From Burkholderiaceae bacterium (GTDB lineage Bacteria; Pseudomonadota; Gammaproteobacteria; Burkholderiales; Burkholderiaceae_B), in assembly GCA_046318595.1 (NCBI GenBank), contig JBKCTV010000091.1:63102-127101 (forward strand): a stretch of DNA of 64,000 bases. Direction: 5' to 3'. The notes under the pieces were generated by a model. It saw only the letters and a program-made list of their open reading frames with translations. It did no database searches and had not been told where the DNA came from. Shown here in pieces: positions 56,293 through 64,000 of this stretch; the stretch's first letter is position 1; every line of letters begins with the position of its first letter. The translations under genes and the position numbers were made by a program.

Positions 56293-56985
56293 TTACTCCC
56301 CTTGCAGTTGGCCATTAACCACCCGAATCCGATCGCCAGCCTGCCATGCGGGGAGGGTATCGTAAGAAAACGACCGGGTCGTGCCGTCGTCAAACTGAAC
56401 ATTCACTTCGTAGCCCTTCGTTGAGCGGACGGTTTTTTCGACTTGATTACCGGCATAAGCGCCCCCTGCCGCGCCAAGCACGGTCATCACCGTCTTGCCG
56501 TTGCCACCACCCACCTGATTTCCGAGTAACGCACCGGCGACCCCACCCGCAATTGCTCCCAGTCCGGAGCCATCTGCTTTCTTTTGCAGTTCCCGGACGC
56601 TCGCGATGCGGCCGCAGTCTCGGCAAATCGGCGCGGCGCTCGTCACCTGAACGGGCGCCTGCGCTGGCGTTTGAGGAAGGTAGCTAGGGTCGTCGCTGGT
56701 TTGGACGCGAGGCTGTTCGCGTGGGGGCGTGTTGTGATGCGCGACGGCCGGCGATTTGCTGGCAGCTTTGGGCGCAGTGGTGGCTTTATTATTTTGAGCC
56801 GAAGCGCCGCCAGCAGGGCTGGGCCCCTCAGCGCCAGTGACTACCGGCGCTTGTACTACAGGGGGCGCTTCGGCTTGAGGCTTGCCGATCAGGCCGGTCA
56901 TGGAAGCAAGCGCCACCGCACTGGTGATGATGACCGCCACGGCGGCCGTGATGATGAGGGGATGGGTTTTGCTATTGAGTTGCAT
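56293..56985 (-). CDS. glycine-zipper 2TM domain protein with N-terminal TM anchor and Pro/Ala-rich linker
   Basis: 230 aa from the ATG at 56985 (GGAGA Shine-Dalgarno). It has a TM segment (LIITAAVAVIITSAVALA), a PA-rich linker, a CRDCG motif, then GAIAGGVAGALLGNQVGGGNG...GAAGGAYAGNQV. Confidence 0.75.
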   Translation of the reverse strand: MQLNSKTHPLIITAAVAVIITSAVALASMTGLIGKPQAEAPPVVQAPVVTGAEGPSPAGGASAQNNKATTAPKAASKSPAVAHHNTPPREQPRVQTSDDPSYLPQTPAQAPVQVTSAAPICRDCGRIASVRELQKKADGSGLGAIAGGVAGALLGNQVGGGNGKTVMTVLGAAGGAYAGNQVEKTVRSTKGYEVNVQFDDGTTRSFSYDTLPAWQAGDRIRVVNGQLQGE

Positions 56986-57193
56986 CGAAGTTCTCCGAGT
57001 TGTTGCGTTGACTTTTATCGTAACGCGCCAGCGGTGAATCGGCTGACAACCCAAACAAAAGCCTGTTGCATGAAAGGGTCATTCGACATGGACGGCCTAC
57101 TCTTCTGCCGTTAAAATGACGCGTCACGCGCTCGTTTGCCTGAGTTCATCCGCTGCGCGCATTTATCGAGTGTGTTTTTACTGAAAGTCATTC

Positions 57194-57625
57194 ATGAGTT
57201 CGATGGGGAATGAAGAAAAAGCAGCAAACAAACAAGGGAAAGCAGGGGCCGAAGCAAGCATGAGCATAGTGATGAGGCTGCTGCCAGCTGCATGGCGATT
57301 GTCTGCGATTGTTGGTGTAGCGTTGGCTTTTGCGCAGCTTACAGTTCAAGCCGCCGATACCGTCGTCACTACAACTGGTAAGCCAAAAGCTGATCGTGAA
57401 ATGTGTATCGGCTGCCACGGCATTCACGATTATAAAGCAAGCTTTCCTTTGGTTTACCGGGTGCCAATGATCGCCGGGCAAAATGCGAAATATTTAGAGG
57501 CTGCTTTGCTGGCTTACAAAAAAGGCGAGCGCAGCCATCCAACCATGCGCGCGATTGCCGCGTCCCTCTCGGAGGAAGACATCACCGCGCTTGCCGCCTA
57601 TTATGGTCAAGGAAAGTCGAACTAA
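57194..57625 (+). CDS. monohaem class I cytochrome c
   Basis: It has a CIGCHG haem motif and a distal Met region (HPTMRA). The start is uncertain (57194, 57260 or 57272), and a signal peptide follows the latter two. Confidence 0.8.
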   Translation: MSSMGNEEKAANKQGKAGAEASMSIVMRLLPAAWRLSAIVGVALAFAQLTVQAADTVVTTTGKPKADREMCIGCHGIHDYKASFPLVYRVPMIAGQNAKYLEAALLAYKKGERSHPTMRAIAASLSEEDITALAAYYGQGKSN

Positions 57626-57628
57626 GCC

Positions 57629-57973
57629 ATGAATACCCGATTCTTATTTATTGTCCTATCGCTCATGGCGGTTTTCAGTCAACCGGTCCATGCCAGTAAT
57701 AACGCCGCCGAACGTGGCAAAGCTCGGGCACAGGCCCAATGCGCCGCATGCCACGCCAAAAACGGCGACTGGAATCAGCCCCTGGATGCGTCCTATCCTA
57801 AACTATCGGGTCAGCACAAAGATTATCTCACGCAGGCGCTACAGCAGTACCGCGATGGCCGGCGCAAGAACGCCATCATGGCCGCCCAGGCAAAAGGGCT
57901 GTCGGATCAGGATATCGACGAACTAAGCAGTTTTTTCGGTTCGCTCAAAGGCGATCTGTATATTAAAAAGTAA
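57629..57973 (+). CDS. monohaem class I cytochrome c
   Basis: 114 aa with a signal peptide, a CAACHA haem motif and a distal Met (NAIMAAQA). Confidence 0.85.
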   Translation: MNTRFLFIVLSLMAVFSQPVHASNNAAERGKARAQAQCAACHAKNGDWNQPLDASYPKLSGQHKDYLTQALQQYRDGRRKNAIMAAQAKGLSDQDIDELSSFFGSLKGDLYIKK

Positions 57974-57985
57974 AGTGCCGCAGTT

Positions 57986-58423
57986 TCAGGGTTTTTTCTG
58001 CGGCTTGCTTTTTAGGCAGTCCAAGTAGCGTTGGTTGTCGAATGCCTGTCCGTTGCGCTGCTTTTGCCAGAGCTGCTCTGCCAGACAGTCGAATACGGCA
58101 TGAGCGGCTCGATGCTTGTCACCATACTGGCCAATCAGCGTTTCGTAAATCGCTCGTATCCCGGGAGGCTGATCGATGCTGAGCTGTTCTTCCAGCGATA
58201 GATGCATGGACAAATGTAAAAAAGGATTGGTTTCGCCCTGCTCGGGCGGATAATCTTTGAGGAGTGCGGTATCCTTATCCTGCAATACTGCATGATATTC
58301 CGGATGCTCGATCACCCATTGCACCACGATTTTCTCCGCCGGCGTTAGTGCCTGAACGGTATTGAATTTATGCCATGCATCCACAAAGAAAAGTCTGACT
58401 TGATCGCGGTTGGGGTTGAACAT
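57986..58423 (-). CDS. DUF1841-family protein
   Basis: 145 aa opening MFNPNRDQVRLFFVDAWHKF, which matches my recollection of DUF1841 N-termini. Confidence 0.65.
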   Translation of the reverse strand: MFNPNRDQVRLFFVDAWHKFNTVQALTPAEKIVVQWVIEHPEYHAVLQDKDTALLKDYPPEQGETNPFLHLSMHLSLEEQLSIDQPPGIRAIYETLIGQYGDKHRAAHAVFDCLAEQLWQKQRNGQAFDNQRYLDCLKSKPQKKP

Positions 58424-58426
58424 GAT

Positions 58427-59062
58427 TCAGCTGCCGGTTTTACAAGGGTATTCGCAGAGATCTGCGATCAAGCAATTCGGGCAGTCGGGTTTACGAGCCT
58501 TGCAGGTATAACGACCATGCAGCAACAACCAATGGTGGGCATTCGCTAAAAATTCAGCCGGAACATTGTTCAGCAGCGCACATTCGACCTGTAAAACATT
58601 TTTACCCGTGGCCAGGCCCGTCCGGTTGGCGACCCGGAAAATATGCGTATCGACGGCCATGGTCGGTTCACCGAAAGCGGTGTTGAGCACCACATTCGCC
58701 GTCTTCCGGCCTACCCCCGGCAGAGACTCCAACGCCTCACGCGAGCGCGGTACATCCCCAGCAAATTTTTCCAGCAGTAGCGCGCAGGTGGCCAGTAAGT
58801 AGCGGGTTTTCGAACGATACAAGCCGATGTGTTGCAAGTACCCGGCCAGACGCGTTTCCCCCAGGGCCGATATCGCTCCCGGCGTATTTGCGACTGGGAA
58901 TAACTGGCGAGTAGCCTGGTTGACGCTTTTATCGGTTGCCTGCGCCGACAATACGACCGCCACCAATAACTCGAAAGGTGTGGAAAATTCCAGTTCTGTC
59001 ATGGGTGACGGTTCGCGCTTTTGAAAACGCACGAACATCATGTGCCGTTGTGCTGCGTTCAT
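58427..59062 (-). CDS. nth: endonuclease III
   Basis: 211 aa. The [19 protein letters not shown] segment, the HhH-GPD domain and the C-terminal 4Fe-4S loop [17 protein letters not shown] all fit Nth. Confidence 0.9.
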   Translation of the reverse strand: MNAAQRHMMFVRFQKREPSPMTELEFSTPFELLVAVVLSAQATDKSVNQATRQLFPVANTPGAISALGETRLAGYLQHIGLYRSKTRYLLATCALLLEKFAGDVPRSREALESLPGVGRKTANVVLNTAFGEPTMAVDTHIFRVANRTGLATGKNVLQVECALLNNVPAEFLANAHHWLLLHGRYTCKARKPDCPNCLIADLCEYPCKTGS

Positions 59063-59679
59063 GATGGGTGGCGGCGTGCCCGAGCGCGCGCCAGAGCGGT
59101 TTTGATGGTTGCGCTTTTTTCGCTCAATGACGTGATGCCGTCACCGGATGGCGTCGTATCCATTCGAACGGCCGGGTGCGTGGCTAGGCGGCGCTGCCGG
59201 TTCTGCAGGCGGCTACGCGCCGCATCGGCATCCTGGCGCGACCAGGTGTCGAAACCTGGTACCGTTATCATGCTGATGCAATCGACCGGACAGGGCGGCA
59301 GGCAAAGCGCGCAGCCTGTGCAATGGTCCGCAATCACCGCATGCCTTTTTTTGTTGCTTCCGATGATTGCATCGACGGGGCAGGCCTGAATGCACAAGGT
59401 GCAGCCGATGCAGTGCTCCGGCGTGATAGAGGCTATTTGGCGGGGCTGTTCGCTGCCGCAGGACGAATCGAGCGGCATGGGGGGAGTGTCGAGCAGTTTG
59501 GCTAAAGCTGCAATCCCGGCGCTGCCGCCCGGTGGGCAACGGTTGATCGGCGCCTGTTTTTCGGCCAACGCTTGTGCGTAAGGGCGGCATCCTGTATAGC
59601 CGCATTGCCGGCATTGGGTTTGCGGCAGAAGCGCATCGATCTGTTCGACGAGCACAAAAGAAACAACGCTTTCAGGCAT
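59059..59679 (-). CDS. RnfB/RsxB-like ferredoxin
   Basis: 206 aa from the ATG at 59679. The N-terminal Cys cluster is [12 protein letters not shown]...RCPPGG, and two ferredoxin motifs follow ([24 protein letters not shown]). It overlaps nth by 4 nt and the phaZ stop by 8 nt. Confidence 0.8.
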   Translation of the reverse strand: MPESVVSFVLVEQIDALLPQTQCRQCGYTGCRPYAQALAEKQAPINRCPPGGSAGIAALAKLLDTPPMPLDSSCGSEQPRQIASITPEHCIGCTLCIQACPVDAIIGSNKKRHAVIADHCTGCALCLPPCPVDCISMITVPGFDTWSRQDADAARSRLQNRQRRLATHPAVRMDTTPSGDGITSLSEKSATIKTALARARARRHPS

Positions 59680-60907
59680 TCTCGCGGATGAATTCCCGTA
59701 TTTTTGGATAAATGATTTCGCGCCATCGACGGCCGCTGAAAATACCGTAATGGCCACAGTCCGGCGCCATGAAGTGTAATTGTTTTTTCGCCGGAATGCG
59801 CGTGCAGAGGTCGTGTGCGGCACGTGTCTGACCCAGCCCGGAGATATCGTCGAGTTCCCCTTCGATAGTGAACAGCGCGACGGACTGAATGTCTTCTGGC
59901 GCGACGCGAACACCATCGATCAGCCATTTGCCTTTTGGCAGAGCATGTTCCTGGAAAACGGTTTTGATGGTATCCAGGTAGTATTCTGCCGGCAAATCGA
60001 GGACGGCGTTGTACTCGTCGTAAAACCGCCGATGCGACTCGGCGTTTTCGCCATCGCCTTCGAGCAGATGCAGATAAAAGTCCCAGTGCGACTGCATGTG
60101 CCGGTTTGGGTTCATGCTGACAAAGCCCGCGTGCTGCAAAAACCCTGGATACACGCGCCGCATATAGCCGGGATACGTCGAAGGCACGTTGTAGATGACA
60201 TTGTTCTCGAACCACGAAAATGGTTTGCGAGTTGCGAGGTTATTGACAGCGGTCGGACTCTGGCGGGTATCGATCGGGCCGCCCATCATGGTCATCGAGC
60301 GTGGCAGGCATTTATCCTTGGCCGTTGCCATCAAAGATACCGCTGCCAGTACTGGCACGGTTGGCTGGCAAACGGATACCAGATGCACATCCGGGCCCAG
60401 CAGGCGAATGAATTCCATGCAGTAATAAACGTAATCGTTTAAATGGAAGGGGCCTTCAGATAGCGGAACCATGCGCGCGTCCACCCAGTCGGTAATGTAG
60501 ACGTCGTGATCGGGCAGCATGGCGTCGACCGTGTTGCGCAGCAGTGTTGCGTGGTGGCCCGACAAGGGTGCGAACACCAATATTTTGGGCGCAACTGGAT
60601 GTTTACCTGAAGATTCGCCGTAGACCCGGCGGAAATGCTTCAGAATACAAAACGGTTTGACTAGGATGTTTTCTTCGATGATCGCTATCCGTTCACCGTC
60701 GACTTCTGTGTCATGCAAATCGAATTTGGGTTTTTCGTACTCTTTTCCTAAGCGGAAAAGCAGTTCGTAATTGGCGGCAACTCGCCGGGAAAGGGGGGTA
60801 TAGGCCAGCGGGCTATACGGGTTGTTGTATAGCTGAGCCCCTATTTCTGCCCACTGCGTTAACGGGTTCAATAAAGCGCGTCGTAGCTCATGTAATTGGT
60901 AAAGCAT
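59672..60907 (-). CDS. phaZ: intracellular polyhydroxyalkanoate depolymerase (PhaZ1-type)
   Basis: 411 aa. The [16 protein letters not shown] opening and overall sequence match my recollection of Cupriavidus-type intracellular PHB depolymerases. Confidence 0.75.
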   Translation of the reverse strand: MLYQLHELRRALLNPLTQWAEIGAQLYNNPYSPLAYTPLSRRVAANYELLFRLGKEYEKPKFDLHDTEVDGERIAIIEENILVKPFCILKHFRRVYGESSGKHPVAPKILVFAPLSGHHATLLRNTVDAMLPDHDVYITDWVDARMVPLSEGPFHLNDYVYYCMEFIRLLGPDVHLVSVCQPTVPVLAAVSLMATAKDKCLPRSMTMMGGPIDTRQSPTAVNNLATRKPFSWFENNVIYNVPSTYPGYMRRVYPGFLQHAGFVSMNPNRHMQSHWDFYLHLLEGDGENAESHRRFYDEYNAVLDLPAEYYLDTIKTVFQEHALPKGKWLIDGVRVAPEDIQSVALFTIEGELDDISGLGQTRAAHDLCTRIPAKKQLHFMAPDCGHYGIFSGRRWREIIYPKIREFIRENA

Positions 60908-61049
60908 CTAAACTCCTGACGGTATAAGCGCTGTGCGTGAACTGCTCGCCACGGATAGATCTGTCGGACATTCTGATTGTGCTCCAATCCGTTGTGCGCC
61001 GCAACATTCGGCGCTACGCTATCCTTCACGACAGGGTTAGCATACCTGC

Positions 61050-61856
61050 CTACCAATAATTCTCTACGAGGAGTTGACCCGGTTTTTCGCGTCTACTCGT
61101 CGTAAACCCGCGCGTTTTGAGTAAAGCACGCAGTTCTCCGACCATGTCGGGGTTACCGCAAACCACAGCCCGCGCCTGATCGGGCTGTAAAGGAAGGCCA
61201 GCCCAGGATTCCAATGCCCCATTTGCTATCAAAGCTGGTAAGCGCTGTTGCAGCGTGCCGGGCGTATGCCGACGCGTGATGACCGGGACATAGACGAATC
61301 GGTTGGGAGCGATGCCGAGCTTTTTCAACCAGAGCGGCATATGCTCGCGATACGCCAGCTCTTCGGGCGCACGTACGCTATGCGCCAACACGACCGTTTC
61401 GAAGCGTCGCCAGGTGGACGGATCCTGAAGCATCGACAAAAAAGGCGCCAGGCCAGTCCCCGAGCCCAACAGCCAAAGATGCGGACCAGGCGCCAGCCGC
61501 TCTAGTGTCAATAAGCCATAAGGCGCCGAATCTACCCGTAATTTTGCGCCGAGTTGGAGCTGCGCCAACGGTTCGCTGAATTCGCCGCCGGGCACCACGA
61601 TCGAAAAAAATTCCAGAAAGTCGTCGTCCGGTGCGCCAACCATCGAGTATGCCCGCCAGACGGTACCGGCGGCGCCGTCTTTTCCGCTCCCAGGGGTGCT
61701 GAGACCGAGTCTGGCGAACTGCCCCGCCGTAAATAGCAATCTGGGCGGGCGGGTCGTGCGCACAGAAAACAATTTGCCAGGTAACCAGACATGCCGCTCT
61801 GTAAGCGTTTCTTCCGTGAATGTCGTCAAGATAGTGGGCTGACCGTCCCCGGCCAC
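61050..61856 (-). CDS. fpr: ferredoxin--NADP(+) reductase
   Basis: 268 aa with an RAYSMV FAD motif and a GSGTGLAPF NADP motif. The GTG start follows the fdxA stop directly. Confidence 0.85.
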   Translation of the reverse strand: MAGDGQPTILTTFTEETLTERHVWLPGKLFSVRTTRPPRLLFTAGQFARLGLSTPGSGKDGAAGTVWRAYSMVGAPDDDFLEFFSIVVPGGEFSEPLAQLQLGAKLRVDSAPYGLLTLERLAPGPHLWLLGSGTGLAPFLSMLQDPSTWRRFETVVLAHSVRAPEELAYREHMPLWLKKLGIAPNRFVYVPVITRRHTPGTLQQRLPALIANGALESWAGLPLQPDQARAVVCGNPDMVGELRALLKTRGFTTSRREKPGQLLVENYW

Positions 61857-62180
61857 TCAGCGTTTCAGGTGTTCGAGTTTATTTGGTATGTCTTTCCACT
61901 GGTCGGCATCGGGCAGGTGGGGTTTCATGCGGGTAATACTCGGCCAGGTTTTCGACAACTCCACATTGATGGCGATAAAATGCTGCTGCGATTGCGGAAC
62001 GTCCTCTTCGGCATAAATGGCATTGGTGGGGCATTCCGGAATGCAAACCGCACAGTCGATACACTCGTCCGGGTCGATGACCAGGAAATTCGGTCCTTCG
62101 CGAAAGCAATCGACTGGGCAGACGTCGACGCAATCTGTGTATTTGCACTGAATGCAATCTTCCGTAACCACATGGGTCAT
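61857..62180 (-). CDS. fdxA: 7Fe ferredoxin (FdxA type)
   Basis: 107 aa: [26 protein letters not shown]...[12 protein letters not shown]. Confidence 0.9.
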   Translation of the reverse strand: MTHVVTEDCIQCKYTDCVDVCPVDCFREGPNFLVIDPDECIDCAVCIPECPTNAIYAEEDVPQSQQHFIAINVELSKTWPSITRMKPHLPDADQWKDIPNKLEHLKR

Positions 62181-62398
62181 GTCGCTCTCTCAAATGCCAT
62201 ATCCAAGCCACGATTTTACCTTACCCTGTTCAACTGGTTGAATATATGGCAGTGTTCGGCTTGCAATTATTGAATTTTTTCGTAATGAGCTTATTGCTAA
62301 AAGCTTGATAAACGGCGGTTCGGTTACCATTTTCGGGTGGACCCGAAGACAAAATTCTCATGGATTCCTATAATTCAAGGCTTGGTTGAAGGGTAGAC

Positions 62399-63088
62399 AT
62401 GCAGCGACATGTCGGAAAACGAATGAATAAAAACATCTCCCGCGCTGAAACTTACGCAGCGCCACATATTCCTGAGCGTAGGCCGGACAGTATGGCCGAG
62501 GTGCCGCAGACCAGGCTCGATTCGCCAATCCCGCCGCCTCCTGCCAAAGGAAGCCAGCTGCTCGCCTGCAACGATCCAGTAAACGGGTTCGTTCAGAGAC
62601 TTGACAAAAATTTCTGTAGCTGGAGCCGCATCGACGATCTCAACCAGGCGCCCGAAACCGTAGCCGCTTATCTGCGCGCGCGGGATTTGCCGCTCGACGT
62701 CCATGTATGGCCGGCCATCGGCCACCTGGGCTGGACGGCCGCTGGTTTGCGCCTGCAGGACGAACCGCAGAGCGTCACGGTGGGACCGGTGTTGTTCGCC
62801 CTGATCGAGAGTGGTTTGATCGCGCCATGCGACCAGACATTCCGTCCGGCGGTGCATATCGCCGTTTTGCATGCCGATCAAATCATCGCGCATACACAAC
62901 AGGTTTTGGGGCGAGTCGAGGAACTATTGGGCAAGGCGCCTCCGCAGTTACTGGTTCTGACCGGCCCGGTAGCGTCTTGTAAAGATCCGGTAAAACCTGA
63001 GCTGCCGTTTGCAATGGTCGATAAGGTATGTGCTGCGCACTGTCACGTCGTGATCGTCGGCGCGACCAGTCGAGCCGCTGCGTCGTGA
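62399..63088 (+). CDS. LUD-domain (LutC/YkgG-like) protein, tentative
   Basis: 229 aa. The segments HIAVLHADQII, LVLTGPVASCKD and CHVVIV occur in the order of the conserved LutC blocks. The start is uncertain (M1, M9 or M32). Confidence 0.45.
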   Translation: MQRHVGKRMNKNISRAETYAAPHIPERRPDSMAEVPQTRLDSPIPPPPAKGSQLLACNDPVNGFVQRLDKNFCSWSRIDDLNQAPETVAAYLRARDLPLDVHVWPAIGHLGWTAAGLRLQDEPQSVTVGPVLFALIESGLIAPCDQTFRPAVHIAVLHADQIIAHTQQVLGRVEELLGKAPPQLLVLTGPVASCKDPVKPELPFAMVDKVCAAHCHVVIVGATSRAAAS

Positions 63089-64000
63089 AAAAAGTCAACG
63101 CCGCCAGCCGGCGGCGCTTCTTGCAGGGTGCGGGTACGGGTTCTGCGGCGGTTGGCGCGCTGCTCGGCGCACCGGCCATCGTCCGTGCGTCTCCGGAAAT
63201 CACGCTGCGCTTTCAAAGCAGCTGGTCCGTCAAGGACATTTTTCATGAGTTTGCGCTGGATTTTGCTCATAAAGTCAACGAGCTATCCGCCGGTCGCTTG
63301 AAAATCGATGTTTTGCCGCCCAACAGCGCCGTTAAAACATTCGCTTTGCTGAACGCCGTGCACAAAGGCGTGCTGGATGGTGCGCACGGTGTGTCGACGT
63401 ATTGGCATGACCGGCACCCGGCATTTTCCTTGTTTGGCGGTGGTCCTGGATTTGGTCTGACGTCGAGTTTATTCCTGGCGTGGATGAATTGCGGCGACGG
63501 ACAGCGGCTGTACGACGAGCTCATGCAAAAAGAGCTACGCTTGAATATTCAGGGTTATTTGTATGGGCCGATGTTTTCCCAGCCGTTCGGCTGGTTCAAG
63601 CAGCCGATTCGTAAACTGGCGGATCTAAAAGGCCTGCGCTTTCGCGCGGTCGGTCTGGCGGCTGAGGTCTATAAAGAGTTGGGCATGCAGCCTACGGCAC
63701 TGGCCGGCCCCGAAATCATCGACTGGCTGGACCGTGGGCTGATCGATGCGGCCGAATTCAACAATCCATCCTCTGATCGTGCGTTGGGTCTACCGCAAAT
63801 CGCGTCGAATTGCCTCATGAAAAGCTGGCATCAAAGTACCGAAGTTTTCGAGGTTTTGATCAATAAACAGCGCTTTTCGGCTTTTGGCCCCGAGTTAGGC
63901 GGTGTCATTCGCAATGCGATTAAAGCGGCATCGTCGGATGTGAACTGGAGGTCGGCGGAGCAGATGGCACGCGACTATGAGGAAATGTCGCGCCGTGGCG
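63084..64000 (+). CDS. TRAP transporter substrate-binding protein (DctP-type) with Tat signal; 3'-truncated by window end
   Basis: I translated the open frame myself from the GTG at 63084, which overlaps the previous stop as GTGA. It reads VKKVNAASRRRFLQGAGTGSAAVGALLGAPAIVRASPEITLRFQSSW...LKIDVLPPNSAV... and stays open to position 64000. Confidence 0.75.

Noticed and set aside
1-64000. CRISPR arrays, rRNA genes, insertion sequences, integrons, toxin-antitoxin pairs, and known defence-system hallmarks (reverse transcriptase, cyclase-effector pairs, restriction-modification).
   Set aside because: I saw no repeat-spacer periodicity, no transposase/integrase/RT-like translations in the ORF track, and no rRNA-like sequence. 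The scan was visual only, so short or degenerate elements could have been missed.

Overview
This is a high-GC proteobacterial chromosomal segment, about 90% coding. Its gene order looks Burkholderiales-like: lptD-surA-pdxA-rsmA, glyA-nrdR, and thrS-infC-rpmI-rplT-pheST-ihfA-merR-tRNA-Pro. Most of it is housekeeping: translation, cell-envelope biogenesis and recycling, cofactor synthesis, and redox/oxidative-stress repair. I found two tRNAs (Val-GAC and Pro-GGG). I saw no rRNA, CRISPR array, transposase, integrase or prophage genes. The stretches that do not look like ordinary core genome are all visibly AT-richer than their flanks. (1) 38.2-45.2 kb holds a NarL/LuxR response regulator and an atypical 1+7-TM histidine kinase with an unexplained C-terminal tail. 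These are divergent from a 1138-aa DUF748/AsmA-like protein with an OmpA-like end. The AT-rich control region between them carries a perfect 17-bp palindrome and a small basic ORF. (2) 8.3-9.3 kb holds an orphan 251-aa protein with an effector-like Ser/Thr/Pro-rich N-terminus and a basic C-terminal tail. It abuts a glycine-zipper lipoprotein. (3) 55.5-56.0 kb holds an orphan 170-aa protein with a type-III-chaperone-like sequence pattern. (4) A promoter, two hairpins and a U-tract between tRNA-Pro and htpG form a candidate small RNA. Exported MsrB/MsrA genes sit inside the usually contiguous nrdR-ribD pair, next to a Moco oxidoreductase/cytochrome b pair. All functional calls rest on motifs read from the supplied translations and on remembered family signatures. 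No database search was run.
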